The translations under genes were made by a program, and so were the position numbers. From an uncultured Pseudomonadota bacterium (GTDB taxonomy: Bacteria; Vulcanimicrobiota; Vulcanimicrobiia; Eremiobacterales; Eremiobacteraceae): a stretch of 64,000 nucleotides of DNA. Positions 49,498 through 60,065 of this stretch are shown here, one piece after another (within the stretch, counting starts at the first letter, position 1; each line of letters starts with the position of its first letter). The stretch lies in NCBI GenBank assembly GCA_963736005.1, contig CAVTNB010000001.1:288001-352000 (forward strand), read 5' to 3'. Under the pieces are notes generated by a model that was not told where the DNA came from, made no database searches, and saw nothing but the letters and a program-made list of their open reading frames with translations.

Positions 49498-49593
49498 TGG
49501 CGGAGAGAGAGGGATTCGAACCCTCGATAGCGCCTTTACAGCACTATAACGGTTTAGCAAACCGCCGCTTTCAGCCAACTCAGCCATCTCTCC
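49498..49593 (-). tRNA. tRNA-Ser(GCT)
   Basis: Loop TT-GCT-AA, long variable arm, GCCA end. Confidence 0.94.
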
Positions 49594-49682
49594 CCACCTA
49601 CTCTTTTCGCGACCCAAAAAGCGAAATCCGTCCACGAATCATCGGACTCGCTGGGCACAGAGCTTACTGAATTCGGTCGAAG

Positions 49683-50858
49683 CTAATCGGCGTGGATCGC
49701 GTAGCGCCGGCGCTCGCAAAGCGTTTCGATCATTGCGGCCACGGACAGCGCGGAATCTGGATGCGCCAGGCTGCGGGCATTGCGCCTCATCCGGTCAAGC
49801 AACGAGGGCGAGCCCAGCAGTCGTTCGAGCGTCCGTGTGAGTTCCGGCGATCGGTCAACGCGAATTCCCACACCCCGTTCTTCAAGATAGCGCGTATTGC
49901 GTTCTTCCTGCCCGGGGAGGGGTCGCAGCATAATGATTGGCAGTTCGGTCACGAGCGCTTCAGAACTTGTGAGCCCACCCGGCTTGCTCACGAGAACGTC
50001 GGCTGCGCGCATGTAATCATACACGTTTTGGATGAAACCGGCGATCTTGACGCGATGGTGAAGATTTTGCGCTACCTCGCGCAGCCGTCGCTCCAGCGCC
50101 GGATTCTTGCCAACGACAACGACCGTTTGCACGGTTGCATTCAACTTGTCTATGGCGAGCAGCGCGTTTTCCAGCGGCCCAATACCCAAACCGCCTCCCA
50201 TGAGCAACACCGTTGTGGTTTCTGGATTGAGGCCAATGACTTGCCGGGCGCGGCGCTTGCTTGTTTCCATTGCGAACCTGGAGTCGATCGGGATGCCAGT
50301 GACGAGCACCCTATTTGGCGACACACCGCGAGAGACAAGCGTCTGTCGCATGGCGGCGGTTGCGACGGAATACCGGTCGATGTTGCGGTGGATCCAAAAG
50401 GGATGGACCACAAAATCGGTCACGACGCCAACAACGGAAGGGGCATCCTCAAATTCGCGCTTGTATTCGGCCATAACGCCACAGGGAAATGCATGCGTGC
50501 ACACCACGACGTCGGGTTGCAACTCGCTGACGAAGTTACGCAAGTTGAGTGCGGTGTAGCGATGTAGCCAGGTCTTGAATGCGGAAATTTTCGTGGCGCG
50601 TTCGGCTTGATCGTAGGCAAACTTGTAGAGTTGCGGCAATAATTTCACGATGCCAATATAACCGTTGCTCGCCACCCGATGAAACACGTTGGAAGCGTAT
50701 CGATAGGAATCGACAACTTCGCAGTGGGCGTCCGGCATCCGTTCGAGCAAGGCTGACGAAACCGCCTGCGCCGCCGCGGTGTGTCCTTCGCCGACACAGG
50801 CGGACAGAAACAGGACAGTCGGGGATGAAGCTCGCGCCCGAATTTGCGCCTTGCTCAC
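49683..50858 (-). CDS. MGDG synthase / UgtP-family glycosyltransferase (GT28)
   Basis: GEGHTAAA, CTHAFP, VVTDF, MGGGLG, KPGGLTSSE, PGQEERN. Confidence 0.88.
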   Translation of the reverse strand: MSKAQIRARASSPTVLFLSACVGEGHTAAAQAVSSALLERMPDAHCEVVDSYRYASNVFHRVASNGYIGIVKLLPQLYKFAYDQAERATKISAFKTWLHRYTALNLRNFVSELQPDVVVCTHAFPCGVMAEYKREFEDAPSVVGVVTDFVVHPFWIHRNIDRYSVATAAMRQTLVSRGVSPNRVLVTGIPIDSRFAMETSKRRARQVIGLNPETTTVLLMGGGLGIGPLENALLAIDKLNATVQTVVVVGKNPALERRLREVAQNLHHRVKIAGFIQNVYDYMRAADVLVSKPGGLTSSEALVTELPIIMLRPLPGQEERNTRYLEERGVGIRVDRSPELTRTLERLLGSPSLLDRMRRNARSLAHPDSALSVAAMIETLCERRRYAIHAD

Positions 50859-50870
50859 CTCGAGAGCTAT

Positions 50871-51194
50871 TTAGCTATCCTCCTCGTCACTTGCACCTTG
50901 CGCTTGCTCCAAGAAATCCTCCAGGATTTCTTGCGCCAAGGTTTCATCTGATATCAGCGCGCCGCTGTCGTCCGTGACGATAAACTCATCTGCCGATTCA
51001 CAGTAGCAGACCGCGTACCGCAGCGCCGACGATGCATCTTCGACGATGCCCACAACTTCAAATTCTTGCTCGTCGCTCGGAGCCGCGGTTGCCGTCGCCG
51101 ACTTTCGCCCAACAATGATCGTGTCGCAAATCTCAACCTGTTGGGCATGCCTCGGGCGACCATTTGCCGTGTTGTGGAAGCGTTCGTGCTTCAT
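50871..51194 (-). CDS. Small acidic protein, DUF1292-like
   Basis: EQEFEVVGIVE..YAV pattern; located near ruvX/mltG as in Firmicutes. Confidence 0.5.
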   Translation of the reverse strand: MKHERFHNTANGRPRHAQQVEICDTIIVGRKSATATAAPSDEQEFEVVGIVEDASSALRYAVCYCESADEFIVTDDSGALISDETLAQEILEDFLEQAQGASDEEDS

Positions 51195-51223
51195 CGGCGC
51201 CTCTCTTCTACCTGGCCTTGCGA

Positions 51224-52204
51224 CTAGTGCAAATACTTGCGCTCTGCGGCCTGTTGTTCTTCCAAGGTCCGGGAAAACTGGTGCCGGCCGTGCCCTCGAT
51301 ACACGTAATAGAGATAGTCTACCTTAGCCGGGTGGAAGGCGGCAAGTAACGATTTCTTCCCAGGGTTGGCAATGGGTGTTGGCGGGAGACCCGTGTGCTT
51401 GTAGGTGTTGTATGGGCTTTCGATCGCTAAGTCGCCGAACGAAAGTGCTTGCTTGTGGTTTGGAAGGGCATATTCAATCGTCGCGTCGATTTCAAGAGGC
51501 ATGCCAAGTCGCAGGCGATTGTAAATCACGCCAGCGATCAGGCTGCGCTCAACGTCAACCTTGGCCTCCCGTTCGACCATCGACGCAATGGTCACAATTT
51601 GTGGAATGCTGAAGCCAAGCTTGTGCGCCAGTCCAACGGCGTTTGGTGGTAGATTGCGAAAGAACTCAGAGGTCATAAGCCCGGCTATTTGCTGCGCTGT
51701 CGCATGACGCGGCACGAGATACGTATCGGGATACAGATACCCTTCGAGTGAAGCGGTATGCCAGCGGTCGATCTTGAGGCTCGTCTCTCGTGAGACGAGC
51801 AAGAAAGACGGTGCAGCCTCAAGGCCGCGTTGGGCAAGGCGATTGGCGATTTGCGCTGCAGTGAAGCCTTCGGGCACCGTGATCCAAACCTGGGCAGGGC
51901 GGCCTCCCGCTGCAAGCACTGTTGCGACCTCAGGTATGGTGAGGTGCGCGGGAAAGGCGTACTCAGCTGCCTGAATCGTTTCGCTGAGGTTCTTGGCACG
52001 AAGGTAGAGCGCAAGAATCCGGGGCGACGAGATGACGCGAGCCTGGGCGAGTTCCTCGGCGATGTCGCTGACGCTCGCACCCGGTGCAACCTCAATCAAC
52101 ACTGGCGCTTCTGGCAACCTGCGGTCCCCGAACACAAGCCAAAGACCAAAGCCGACGGCGGCCACAAGGATAGCGGTAAGAACAAGTGTCGCAAAACGTT
52201 TCAT
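51224..52204 (-). CDS. mltG: Endolytic transglycosylase MltG
   Basis: TVPEG, LEGYLYPDTY, ASMVERE, SPYNTY, GLPPTPI. Confidence 0.94.
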   Translation of the reverse strand: MKRFATLVLTAILVAAVGFGLWLVFGDRRLPEAPVLIEVAPGASVSDIAEELAQARVISSPRILALYLRAKNLSETIQAAEYAFPAHLTIPEVATVLAAGGRPAQVWITVPEGFTAAQIANRLAQRGLEAAPSFLLVSRETSLKIDRWHTASLEGYLYPDTYLVPRHATAQQIAGLMTSEFFRNLPPNAVGLAHKLGFSIPQIVTIASMVEREAKVDVERSLIAGVIYNRLRLGMPLEIDATIEYALPNHKQALSFGDLAIESPYNTYKHTGLPPTPIANPGKKSLLAAFHPAKVDYLYYVYRGHGRHQFSRTLEEQQAAERKYLH

Positions 52205-52205
52205 G

Positions 52206-52628
52206 CTACGTGCGCCCGCGATATGCAAGATACGAGCTCAAAATTTCAACCGCTGCAAGTTCGTCGACGTGACTTCGGCGCTTGCTGCCGGACAAATCGA
52301 GATCCCGTAGTTTTTTTGCAGCGGCCGCCGTGGTGAGTCGCTCGTCCTGGACGAACACTTGGCCGTGAAATTGCGCTCGCAATCCCTTGACGAATGCGTC
52401 AATCTTTTCTGCGGCTGGGCCAATGCTTCCGTCAAGACGGAGCGGATAGCCAACAACGATCGTATCAGCTCCGCGCTCGGTGGCCAGTCGTAGGACAGTT
52501 TCAAAATCGTGCGTCTTGCTGGTCCGCTTGATGGTTGTCAGCGGCATAGGGGGCAGACTCGGGTCCTCGCAAATGGCCACCCCAATGCGAACCGAACCTA
52601 CGTCAAGCGCCAGCGTCGCATTTCTCAC
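52206..52628 (-). CDS. ruvX: Pre-16S rRNA nuclease / Holliday resolvase-like YqgF
   Basis: LALDVGSVRIGVA, VVGYP, DERLTT, VDELAAVEIL; GTG start at 52628. Confidence 0.9.
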   Translation of the reverse strand: MRNATLALDVGSVRIGVAICEDPSLPPMPLTTIKRTSKTHDFETVLRLATERGADTIVVGYPLRLDGSIGPAAEKIDAFVKGLRAQFHGQVFVQDERLTTAAAAKKLRDLDLSGSKRRSHVDELAAVEILSSYLAYRGRT

Positions 52629-53437
52629 GTCGTGTGTGCCTTGGGTCTTGATCTTGTCACCGCCACGCCATGGACTTTCGAGCGGCGCCCCATTTGGTGC
52701 TCGACGAACGCGCGCGTGATCCGATGAAGCGCAACTGCGCGGGCGACTGAGTCGATTTTCCAATCGCCCCCTACAGACAATCTCAGTGGTGCGTCGCGCA
52801 GTTCCCGCAAGCGCGCGAAATCTGCAGCGCTGGTTGACAATAAATCAACCGACGATCCGGCCGACCCCTCTCGCACCGATCGAACGCATGCCTTGCAGAG
52901 TAAACCGCCCGCTTGCGGCGACAGCCACGCTCGTCCACCCGAGAGTGGGCGACGTCCGAGCACCGCACCACAACGTGCGCACGCGTCCAACTCAGGCGAG
53001 AATCCAAGTGCCGCGAGCATCTTCAGGTCCATGATAGCGAGCAGGGTCGTGATGTCTGACGTTTGCGCCAAAGCGATTTGAAAATCGCAGAGCGCTTCAT
53101 AAAGTTCCGGCACGGCCATGTCGAGCTCGCACAGGGCGTCAACCACTTCAGCCACGTAGGACGCCGCAGCGAAAGCGTCGGGATCGACCAACTGCTCCCA
53201 GATCGCTCGCACCGTTTCGGCCGAAGTGATGGTATCCAACGACTTTCCGGCGTGCAGCATGACGTTGACGCGCGTAAAGAAATCCAGTCTTCCGCCGAAC
53301 TTACTTCGCGGCCGCCGCGCGCCTCTGGCAACGGCGTCGATTTTACCTCGCTCGCGTGAGAAAAGAATTACGATGCGGTCGGCTTCGCCCAAAGGGCGCA
53401 AGCGAAGCACGACGGCTTCGGCGGAATACGATTTCAA
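52625..53437 (-). CDS. recO: DNA repair protein RecO
   Basis: AVVLR..GEADRI, ARGARRPRSKF, CxxC..CxxC zinc site. Confidence 0.92.
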   Translation of the reverse strand: MKSYSAEAVVLRLRPLGEADRIVILFSRERGKIDAVARGARRPRSKFGGRLDFFTRVNVMLHAGKSLDTITSAETVRAIWEQLVDPDAFAAASYVAEVVDALCELDMAVPELYEALCDFQIALAQTSDITTLLAIMDLKMLAALGFSPELDACARCGAVLGRRPLSGGRAWLSPQAGGLLCKACVRSVREGSAGSSVDLLSTSAADFARLRELRDAPLRLSVGGDWKIDSVARAVALHRITRAFVEHQMGRRSKVHGVAVTRSRPKAHTT

Positions 53438-53462
53438 AAGGATCGATAGATCCGATGCGGGC

Positions 53463-53912
53463 TTAGGCGGCGCCTACGGGCTCTCGCGAGGAGATCTTCC
53501 CTTTCTCAAAACTATCGCCGGTGAACGGCGATGACAAAAGTTCGGTCAAGGAAGTCATTGAGTACGCCCCATCTGGCCGGCAACGGATGATGAGCACTTT
53601 TGGTGAAAATTCGCTCAGCACTTGGCGGCAAGCCCCGCACGGCACGACCCCTTGGTCATCGACCCCGGCGACGGCGATCGCAACAACGCTTCGCGCTCCG
53701 GCGGCCGCAGCTGCACCCAACGCGACGCGCTCGGCGCACATCGACAAGCCAAGCGACGCATTTTCAACGTTCGCACCGGTAAAGATTCTGCCATCCCCCG
53801 TGAGTAACGCAGCACCAATATGAAACTGCGAGTAGGGGGCATAGGCGTTGAGGCGGGCCTCCCATGCTTTGTTGACCAGAGACTCGAGTTGCGCGTCATC
53901 TAGTCTTGGCAC
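53463..53912 (-). CDS. cdd: Cytidine deaminase
   Basis: AYAPYS, GANVENAS, CAERVA, PCGACRQ; GTG start at 53912. Confidence 0.93.
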   Translation of the reverse strand: MPRLDDAQLESLVNKAWEARLNAYAPYSQFHIGAALLTGDGRIFTGANVENASLGLSMCAERVALGAAAAAGARSVVAIAVAGVDDQGVVPCGACRQVLSEFSPKVLIIRCRPDGAYSMTSLTELLSSPFTGDSFEKGKISSREPVGAA

Positions 53913-53931
53913 AGATTTCCTCCCAGAGTGC

Positions 53932-55239
53932 TCAAGGTTGCGCCGGCTGTGGGGTGGCGAGACTCTCACCGGCTTCGTGTGGCATAGGCGAGTTCTTGAT
54001 GCGTACGGAGAGCAACCTTCTGCCGGCCGTCTTTTCCACAACCAAAATCACGCCGCCGTCGATAACCACCTGTTCGCCAGGCACCGGGACACGTCCGAAT
54101 AGGCCGAACGTGTAACCGCCGATGCTTTCAAAGTCCTCTGTCGGGAGGTGCAAGCCCAGCCGCTCGTTGACATCGTCAATGTTCATGCGGGCGTCAACGA
54201 TGAACTCGTTTTGTCCGGCGGGCGTGATTTCGGGCGGCCGTTCTTCCGCGTCATATTCGTCCATGATCTCGCCAACGATCTCTTCGAGCAGATCTTCCAT
54301 CGTGACGAGCCCGGCTGTCCCGCCATATTCGTCGACAACAATTGCAACCGACACATGTTCGGCCTGCATTTCGCGCAGCAACTCATCGATTTTCTTGTTT
54401 TCGGGAATTGCCTTGATTGGGCGCATGAGGGCGCGCAACGGCGTCTCCAACTCACCCCGCGATACGTACACAAGCAACTCGCGGTCGTGAACGACGCCCA
54501 CGACGTGATCGATGTTGCCTTCATAGACAGGGAGTTTTGAGTAGCCCTCACGCGCGACGATTTCAACCCCATTTTTGACCGGATCGCCGGCGCTCGTGCA
54601 AACCATGTCGGTGCGAGGCGTCATGACCTCTCGTGCAAAGGTATCGCCAAACTCGAAGATGGAGTGGATCATCTCCTTTTCCTCTTCCTCGAGTACGCCT
54701 TGCTTTTCGCCGACGTTGACAAGCGTTCGGATGTCGTCCTCAGTGACGTATGGACCTGCGCGGTTTGGATCGCCGCCGAAGAGTCGGATGAGCCACGAGG
54801 TGAGCGAAATGATCGTCCAAGTGATCGGACGCAAGATCACGTACATGACGTGGACGAAGCCTGCAAAACGGCCAGCCCACTTGGCCGCATCCTGCACGAC
54901 GACCATCTTCGGGACGATCTCCGCCGCAACCAAGAGCACGACGGTCATGACAACCATGGCAGTCAGGACCGGTCGCCAAACGCCGGCCTCGATGGCCGCC
55001 CATGTTGCTAACGACTGCGCGGTGAGCAACACGATGGTGTTGCCCACAAGGATCGTTGTTAGATAGCTGTTGCGCTCGTCGAGGAGCCGAACGAGTTGTC
55101 CGCTCTTGCCATTTTGGTCTCGCTGCAAAATGCGCAGTCGGCTGAGCGCCAAGAGGGACGCTTCCGAGGCGGCAAAGAGCCCGGCCAGGACGACCAAGCA
55201 CGCAATGCCGACGAGCGCCACAGTTACAGGTGGGTGCAT
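53932..55239 (-). CDS. Hemolysin/CorC (CNNM-CBS) family protein
   Basis: FAASE, EIVPK, VMTPR, VDEYGGTAG, EDLLEEIVGEI. Confidence 0.92.
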   Translation of the reverse strand: MHPPVTVALVGIACLVVLAGLFAASEASLLALSRLRILQRDQNGKSGQLVRLLDERNSYLTTILVGNTIVLLTAQSLATWAAIEAGVWRPVLTAMVVMTVVLLVAAEIVPKMVVVQDAAKWAGRFAGFVHVMYVILRPITWTIISLTSWLIRLFGGDPNRAGPYVTEDDIRTLVNVGEKQGVLEEEEKEMIHSIFEFGDTFAREVMTPRTDMVCTSAGDPVKNGVEIVAREGYSKLPVYEGNIDHVVGVVHDRELLVYVSRGELETPLRALMRPIKAIPENKKIDELLREMQAEHVSVAIVVDEYGGTAGLVTMEDLLEEIVGEIMDEYDAEERPPEITPAGQNEFIVDARMNIDDVNERLGLHLPTEDFESIGGYTFGLFGRVPVPGEQVVIDGGVILVVEKTAGRRLLSVRIKNSPMPHEAGESLATPQPAQP

Positions 55240-55296
55240 GAGTGCGTATTCAACGCCAGTACTTGTTCGCGCAGCGCGACCTTTTTTCCACCTGCT

Positions 55297-55671
55297 TTAC
55301 CCGCTTTGCCGAAACAAGTGGGCGAGCGCTTGTCCATAGACAACAGCACCGACAATTGCCGCCGCTATGCTCGCGACCAGCACAGCGGCCGCGCCAGCGT
55401 GTTTGGCGGACCGGGCGAGCGGGTGCGTCTCCGGCTGAATAAGGTCAACGACGTGTTCTAAGCAGGTATTGAAAAGCTCCGCGGCGAGCACGAAGGCGAT
55501 CATGATGATGACGAGGAGCCAGGTATGCGTGTCGAAGTGCAGCACAGCAGCTCCCGTAATCGCAATGGCTGCAATGACGAGCTGGATGCGAAAATTCGGC
55601 TGATGCACGACCGCATGGGCAATGCCATCCGCCGCATCGGCGAAAGCTGCCAAGAACGGACGATTAGGCAC
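55297..55671 (-). CDS. dgkA: Diacylglycerol/undecaprenol kinase
   Basis: QPNFRIQ, AELFNTCLE, AKHAGAAAV; GTG start at 55671. Confidence 0.87.
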   Translation of the reverse strand: MPNRPFLAAFADAADGIAHAVVHQPNFRIQLVIAAIAITGAAVLHFDTHTWLLVIIMIAFVLAAELFNTCLEHVVDLIQPETHPLARSAKHAGAAAVLVASIAAAIVGAVVYGQALAHLFRQSG

Positions 55672-56155
55672 CGGCGGAAAGTTCGCGCAACAGACGGCGT
55701 GCGACCAAATGCATGCGCGCAGCCTCTTTGCGCTCGCGATGGTCGTACCCGCACAAATGCAGTGCCCCATGCACCGCGAGGCGGGCGATCTCATCGGCGA
55801 GCGACGCTCCGTATTCGCGCGCCTGGCGGCGAGCTGTTTCGTGCGATATCAGGATGTCACCGAAAGGTTCCCCCTCGCGCCCACCATCGCTGAGCGGAAA
55901 CGAAAGAACGTCAGTTGGGGTATCGAGACCCCGGTAGCGAAGATTCAAGCGGCGAATCGTTCGATCGTTTGTGATCACGACGCTCACGTCACCCCGCACG
56001 CGCGGAGAGACTCGCGCGAGCACGTACCCCACGATGTGGCACAATGCGCCCGGCCGAACGCCGCGCATTTTCGGAGACCGCACGAAGACCACTGGACCGG
56101 CAACGTCCTTCACCAACCCGCTGGTGTATGCCCGATCGTTCTTAGGGCCGCACAT
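55664..56155 (-). CDS. ybeY: rRNA maturation RNase YbeY (start uncertain)
   Basis: LNLRYRG..PTDVLSF, HGALHLCGYDH. Confidence 0.92.
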   Translation of the reverse strand: MCGPKNDRAYTSGLVKDVAGPVVFVRSPKMRGVRPGALCHIVGYVLARVSPRVRGDVSVVITNDRTIRRLNLRYRGLDTPTDVLSFPLSDGGREGEPFGDILISHETARRQAREYGASLADEIARLAVHGALHLCGYDHRERKEAARMHLVARRLLRELSAGA

Positions 56156-56673
56156 GGACCAATGACTGCCGCCGCAATGAAAAGATCCGCGCCCGTAAAC
56201 TTGCCCTGCAGAATTGGCAGCGGCGGGGCGGGCGGCGCGACGTATGAGACCGGGCCAGCGAGCTGCGTTAGGGCGGGCAAAGCTGGCATGTCGTTAAACT
56301 CGAAACTGGGTAAGACATACAGCGCCGGGGCCACGCTTGGGGCGACTTTCCAGTCGCCCCCTACAGGGGCTGCGGGAGCTACAGGAGTTGCGGGGACGGT
56401 GATTGGCGGTTTCACCTGCCTCGTAGCAGCGCTGAGCGCGCGCTGCAGCCGAGCTCGCTGCGCCGCTCTGGTTGCCGCGAGATCGGCGCTGGATTTACGC
56501 ATCGCCTCGTCGAGCTGCGCAGCTGGTGGCGTCGCGGCTTGCTTGTCTTGCTGCGCGCGGGCTCGTTTGAAGAACGTCGAGACGACATTCACAACGATAA
56601 TCAAGATGACGAAGAGCCCAATGGGATCGATCGCCGCTTGCGGCCTTCCCATCAGGCCCACCGCAAGAATCAT
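56110..56673 (-). CDS. Hypothetical membrane protein downstream of floA
   Basis: ATGA overlap with the floA stop; TM helix and Pro/Ala-rich linker. Confidence 0.6.
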   Translation of the reverse strand: MILAVGLMGRPQAAIDPIGLFVILIIVVNVVSTFFKRARAQQDKQAATPPAAQLDEAMRKSSADLAATRAAQRARLQRALSAATRQVKPPITVPATPVAPAAPVGGDWKVAPSVAPALYVLPSFEFNDMPALPALTQLAGPVSYVAPPAPPLPILQGKFTGADLFIAAAVIGPCAALRTIGHTPAGW

Positions 56674-57689
56674 TGCGGTGGAGTCGGCGGCGTTGGTGGC
56701 GGCATTGCCGATGGCGGACCGCCACCGGACTGTCCGGCGATCGCGCTCCGCATGTTCGTGTCGGACAAGACGTTCTGCATGCGATAGTAATCCATGACGC
56801 CGAGATGCCCGCTCCGGAAAGCCTCGGCCATCGCAGCCGGTACCAAGGCTTCGGCTTCGACCACCTTCGCGCGCATCGCTTGCGTCTGGGCCTTCATTTC
56901 TTGCTCTTGAGCCATAGCGGCGTACTGGCGCTCGGCCGCTTTGGCCTGCGCTACGCGTCGGTCAGCTTCCGCTTGGGCCGTTTGTAGGTCAGCGCCAACA
57001 TTGCGCCCGACGTCGACATCGGCGATGTCGATCGAAACAATTTCGAACGCGGTGCCGGCGTCGAGTCCCTTGGCGAGCACGGTCTTGCTGATGTGATCCG
57101 GGTTTTCCAATACTTCTTTGTACGTCGTATCGCTGCCGATGGCGGCAACTACGCCTTCACCAACGCGTGCTATGACGGTTGCCTCTCCCGCGCCGCCCAC
57201 GTAGCGGTCGATTGCCGCCCGTACGGTGACGCGCGCCTTGACGTTGAGCTGAATGCCATCCTTGGCAACGCCTTGGAAGGTTGGGGTTTCGATGACCTTC
57301 GGATTCACGGACATTTGGACCGCCTCTTGCGGATTGCGCCCTGCGAGATCGATAGCGCACGCGGCTTCCCACGTCAATGGTATCTGTGCTCGTTGGGCCG
57401 AGATGAGTGAGAGCGTCACCACATCAATGTGCCCGCCCGCAAGATACTGCGATTGCATCTGATCGACGCTGACTTTCAAGCCTGCCTTGACCGCCATCAC
57501 GAGCGCATCGACGATCACGCCGGGTGGCACGCGCATGAGGCGCATTCGGACCAGGCTGAAGATCCCGAGGTGCACGCCCGCGGCCTGCGCGCGGATCCAC
57601 TGCCCAAATGGGAAGTAGTAGAGGAACATAAAAAAGAGGATGATCGCTGCAAACGCAACGATGATCACGACAAACGAGCCAAATTCCAC
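56670..57689 (-). CDS. floA: Flotillin-like protein FloA (YqfA)
   Basis: [38 protein letters not shown]. Confidence 0.93.
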   Translation of the reverse strand: MEFGSFVVIIVAFAAIILFFMFLYYFPFGQWIRAQAAGVHLGIFSLVRMRLMRVPPGVIVDALVMAVKAGLKVSVDQMQSQYLAGGHIDVVTLSLISAQRAQIPLTWEAACAIDLAGRNPQEAVQMSVNPKVIETPTFQGVAKDGIQLNVKARVTVRAAIDRYVGGAGEATVIARVGEGVVAAIGSDTTYKEVLENPDHISKTVLAKGLDAGTAFEIVSIDIADVDVGRNVGADLQTAQAEADRRVAQAKAAERQYAAMAQEQEMKAQTQAMRAKVVEAEALVPAAMAEAFRSGHLGVMDYYRMQNVLSDTNMRSAIAGQSGGGPPSAMPPPTPPTPPQ

Positions 57690-57700
57690 GACGTGCTCCT

Positions 57701-58993
57701 TTAAGCCCGGGTGACGATGACTTTGCCGCCTTCAACGCGTTTGACGCGAAGGCGAGTTTGTGCCGGGATGAAATCTCCATCCGTCTGCACTTGGTAGCGA
57801 TTGCCGTTAATGATCGCCACTCCAGCAGGGCGCAAATATGTTTGCGCCACGCCTTCAGCGCCCATGAGCCCGGTCAGTGGTTTCGTTGCGATGTACCCTT
57901 CAGTCACTGACTGTGCGCCCGCAAACGCCAAGCGTCGCAAGAATGCGCTCTCCGGCAGCCAGCGCAAAATGAGAAAGAAAATTACAACTGACGCGATCAG
58001 CGAAAGAGCTGTGGAGACGACGCCCACATAAAAGGCCCCGAAAGCGAGCACGATGCTCGTTAAGATAAGCAACGCACCCACGAGCCCCGAGATACCGTGT
58101 CCGGGCAACACGTGCAGTTCAAAGAGCAGCGCGAGCACGCCCAGCCCAAAAAGTGCAAGCACCGTCCAGTTCGAGAAGCCGGCGACGATATGCGCGCCAA
58201 AGAAGAGGGCGAGCGCCGCGACTCCGATGATGCCAGCAACGAGATGCAGCGTCTGCATTTCAATGAGCAAGCCCAAGAAGCCAATGGTGAGCAAAAGACC
58301 AGAAACAAGCGGGTCGGCGGCAAACTGCGCGATGCGCTCGCCCAGGGTCTGCTCGGCGACGTGCAACCGCGGTTGATGGAAACCGGCCAGCGCCAGTGCG
58401 TCCACTTCGTTGTCAGCCATCCCGTCCACGAAGTGATACTTTTGCGCCTCCGCCGGTGAAAGTGAGAGGATCTGTCCTTTTTTCTTCAGCCCCGCAATGA
58501 CGACGTCGGGGTCGGTCATCCCGGCGGCGAGGTTCGTGTTGCGATGGTGCGCTTCTGCTAAGGAAACGAACTCCGCATGCAGCGCGGAGATGGTCTTTGC
58601 GGTCGAGGGAATCGGTTCTGCGGCGCCGATGCTGGAGCCGGGAGCCATATAGATCTTGTCGCACGCGAGCGCGATGAGCGCGCCCGCGGACCAAGCTCGT
58701 TCCTTGACGTAGGCAATCGTGGGGATACCGGCTGAGGCAAGCGCGTCGCGGATGTCGTTCGCGTCGTCGACAACGCCGCCGTTCGTCGCCAAAACAACGA
58801 GGATCGCGCTCGCGCCGGTTTCTTGCGCTTGGGTGACCGCGCTTGCGACGCGATGCGCCATGCCCGCATCGATCGTATCGTCGATGTTGATGACTTGAAC
58901 GAGCGGATTCGTTGCGACAGCGGCCCGCACGAAGGTTGCGCACGAAAGTCCGGCCGCAAAGAGTAAGGAAAAGGCCAAGACTCGGAGTTTCAT
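57701..58993 (-). CDS. NfeD-family membrane-bound serine protease (YqeZ-like)
   Basis: [23 protein letters not shown] bundle, C-terminal LRPAG OB fold; upstream of floA. Confidence 0.9.
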   Translation of the reverse strand: MKLRVLAFSLLFAAGLSCATFVRAAVATNPLVQVINIDDTIDAGMAHRVASAVTQAQETGASAILVVLATNGGVVDDANDIRDALASAGIPTIAYVKERAWSAGALIALACDKIYMAPGSSIGAAEPIPSTAKTISALHAEFVSLAEAHHRNTNLAAGMTDPDVVIAGLKKKGQILSLSPAEAQKYHFVDGMADNEVDALALAGFHQPRLHVAEQTLGERIAQFAADPLVSGLLLTIGFLGLLIEMQTLHLVAGIIGVAALALFFGAHIVAGFSNWTVLALFGLGVLALLFELHVLPGHGISGLVGALLILTSIVLAFGAFYVGVVSTALSLIASVVIFFLILRWLPESAFLRRLAFAGAQSVTEGYIATKPLTGLMGAEGVAQTYLRPAGVAIINGNRYQVQTDGDFIPAQTRLRVKRVEGGKVIVTRA

Positions 58994-58996
58994 TTA

Positions 58997-59440
58997 TTAC
59001 TTCTTTTCCAGGAAGCTACGGACTGCTTCTTGGATGGCCTTGCCGTTTGCTTTATCTTTCAGCTCCGCCATGGCAGCTTTCATCGCTGCCCCGAACTGTG
59101 GGTTCGGTCCCAGAGGGGCTACAGCGGCTTTGACCCCTTCCAGAAGTTGCGCTGGTTCGAGTTCTTTGGGTAAATAGCCGGAAAGGATCTCGCGCTCCCT
59201 GGCTTCTTTGGCTGCTAAATCCTCGCGCTTGCCGCGTTTGAACTCCGAAATGGAGTCGTCGCGCTGTTTGACCTGCTTGCGCATGACATCGAGTTGCTCT
59301 TCGTCCGTGAGCTCGCCGTTGTGCTCGATACGACGGTAATTCATGGCGGAAATAGCCATGCGGAGTGTTCCTACACGCTCCGCGTCGCGAGCTTTCATCG
59401 CAGTCTTGAGGTCAGCCGTTAGCCTCTCGAGAATGCTCAG
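58997..59440 (-). CDS. GatB/YqeY domain protein (probable CTG start)
   Basis: [30 protein letters not shown]; directly after rpsU. Confidence 0.88.
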   Translation of the reverse strand: MSILERLTADLKTAMKARDAERVGTLRMAISAMNYRRIEHNGELTDEEQLDVMRKQVKQRDDSISEFKRGKREDLAAKEAREREILSGYLPKELEPAQLLEGVKAAVAPLGPNPQFGAAMKAAMAELKDKANGKAIQEAVRSFLEKK

Positions 59441-59607
59441 GAGCGTCGTTTGCGCGCGGCGGCGCTCTTCTTCTTCCGGCGAACGCTCGGCTTCTCGTAG
59501 TGTTCGTGGCGCCGCGCCTCGGCGAGCACGCCTGATTTCTGGCACATCTTCTTAAAACGCTTGAGGGCGCTCTCAATAGATTCGTTGGCTCCAACCCGAG
59601 TTTCCAT
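59437..59607 (-). CDS. rpsU: 30S ribosomal protein S21
   Basis: Hand translation [56 protein letters not shown]; absent from the ORF track. Confidence 0.95.
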   Translation of the reverse strand: METRVGANESIESALKRFKKMCQKSGVLAEARRHEHYEKPSVRRKKKSAAARKRRS

Positions 59608-59712
59608 ACTTGCGACACCCCCTTTGCGTGAAACGGAGCGGTCGGCGTGCGCCGACCGTCTTTTTGTTCGATTGCTCGCTTCGACGAGACCGGTTTAGGG
59701 TCCGCTCGTTGC

Positions 59713-60063
59713 CTAACCCGGAGGCCACGCGAAATGGCGTCCCGACAGCAGATGCAGGTGGAGATGGTACACAGTTTGTCCCGCGGAGGCGCCGTTATTT
59801 ATGGCTATCCGGAATCCAGCATCGGGGCCGAATTTCTCGCGGGCAATTGTTGCCGCGACGTGAAGCAGCCGGCCAAGCAAGGCCTCATCGGCTTGCGTGT
59901 GGGCGTCGAGCAGCGTGGGAAAATGCGCCTTGGGAACGACTAAGATGTGCCCGGGCGCGATCGGCCGGATGTCATTGAACGCCGCGATGGTATCGTCTTC
60001 GTAGACCAGCGGCACACCTGCCTTGCCAGACGCGATGTCGCAAAAAATGCAGGTTTCGGCCAA
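59713..60063 (-). CDS. Histidine triad (HIT) nucleotide-binding protein
   Basis: CIFC, GQTVYHLHLHLL, WPPG. Confidence 0.93.
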   Translation of the reverse strand: MAETCIFCDIASGKAGVPLVYEDDTIAAFNDIRPIAPGHILVVPKAHFPTLLDAHTQADEALLGRLLHVAATIAREKFGPDAGFRIAINNGASAGQTVYHLHLHLLSGRHFAWPPG

Positions 60064-60065
60064 CG

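Noticed and set aside
59685..59710. Possible fifth REP-like copy (..TTTAGGGTCCGCTC)
   Set aside because: Only a partial match, with no GTAG motif or full palindrome.
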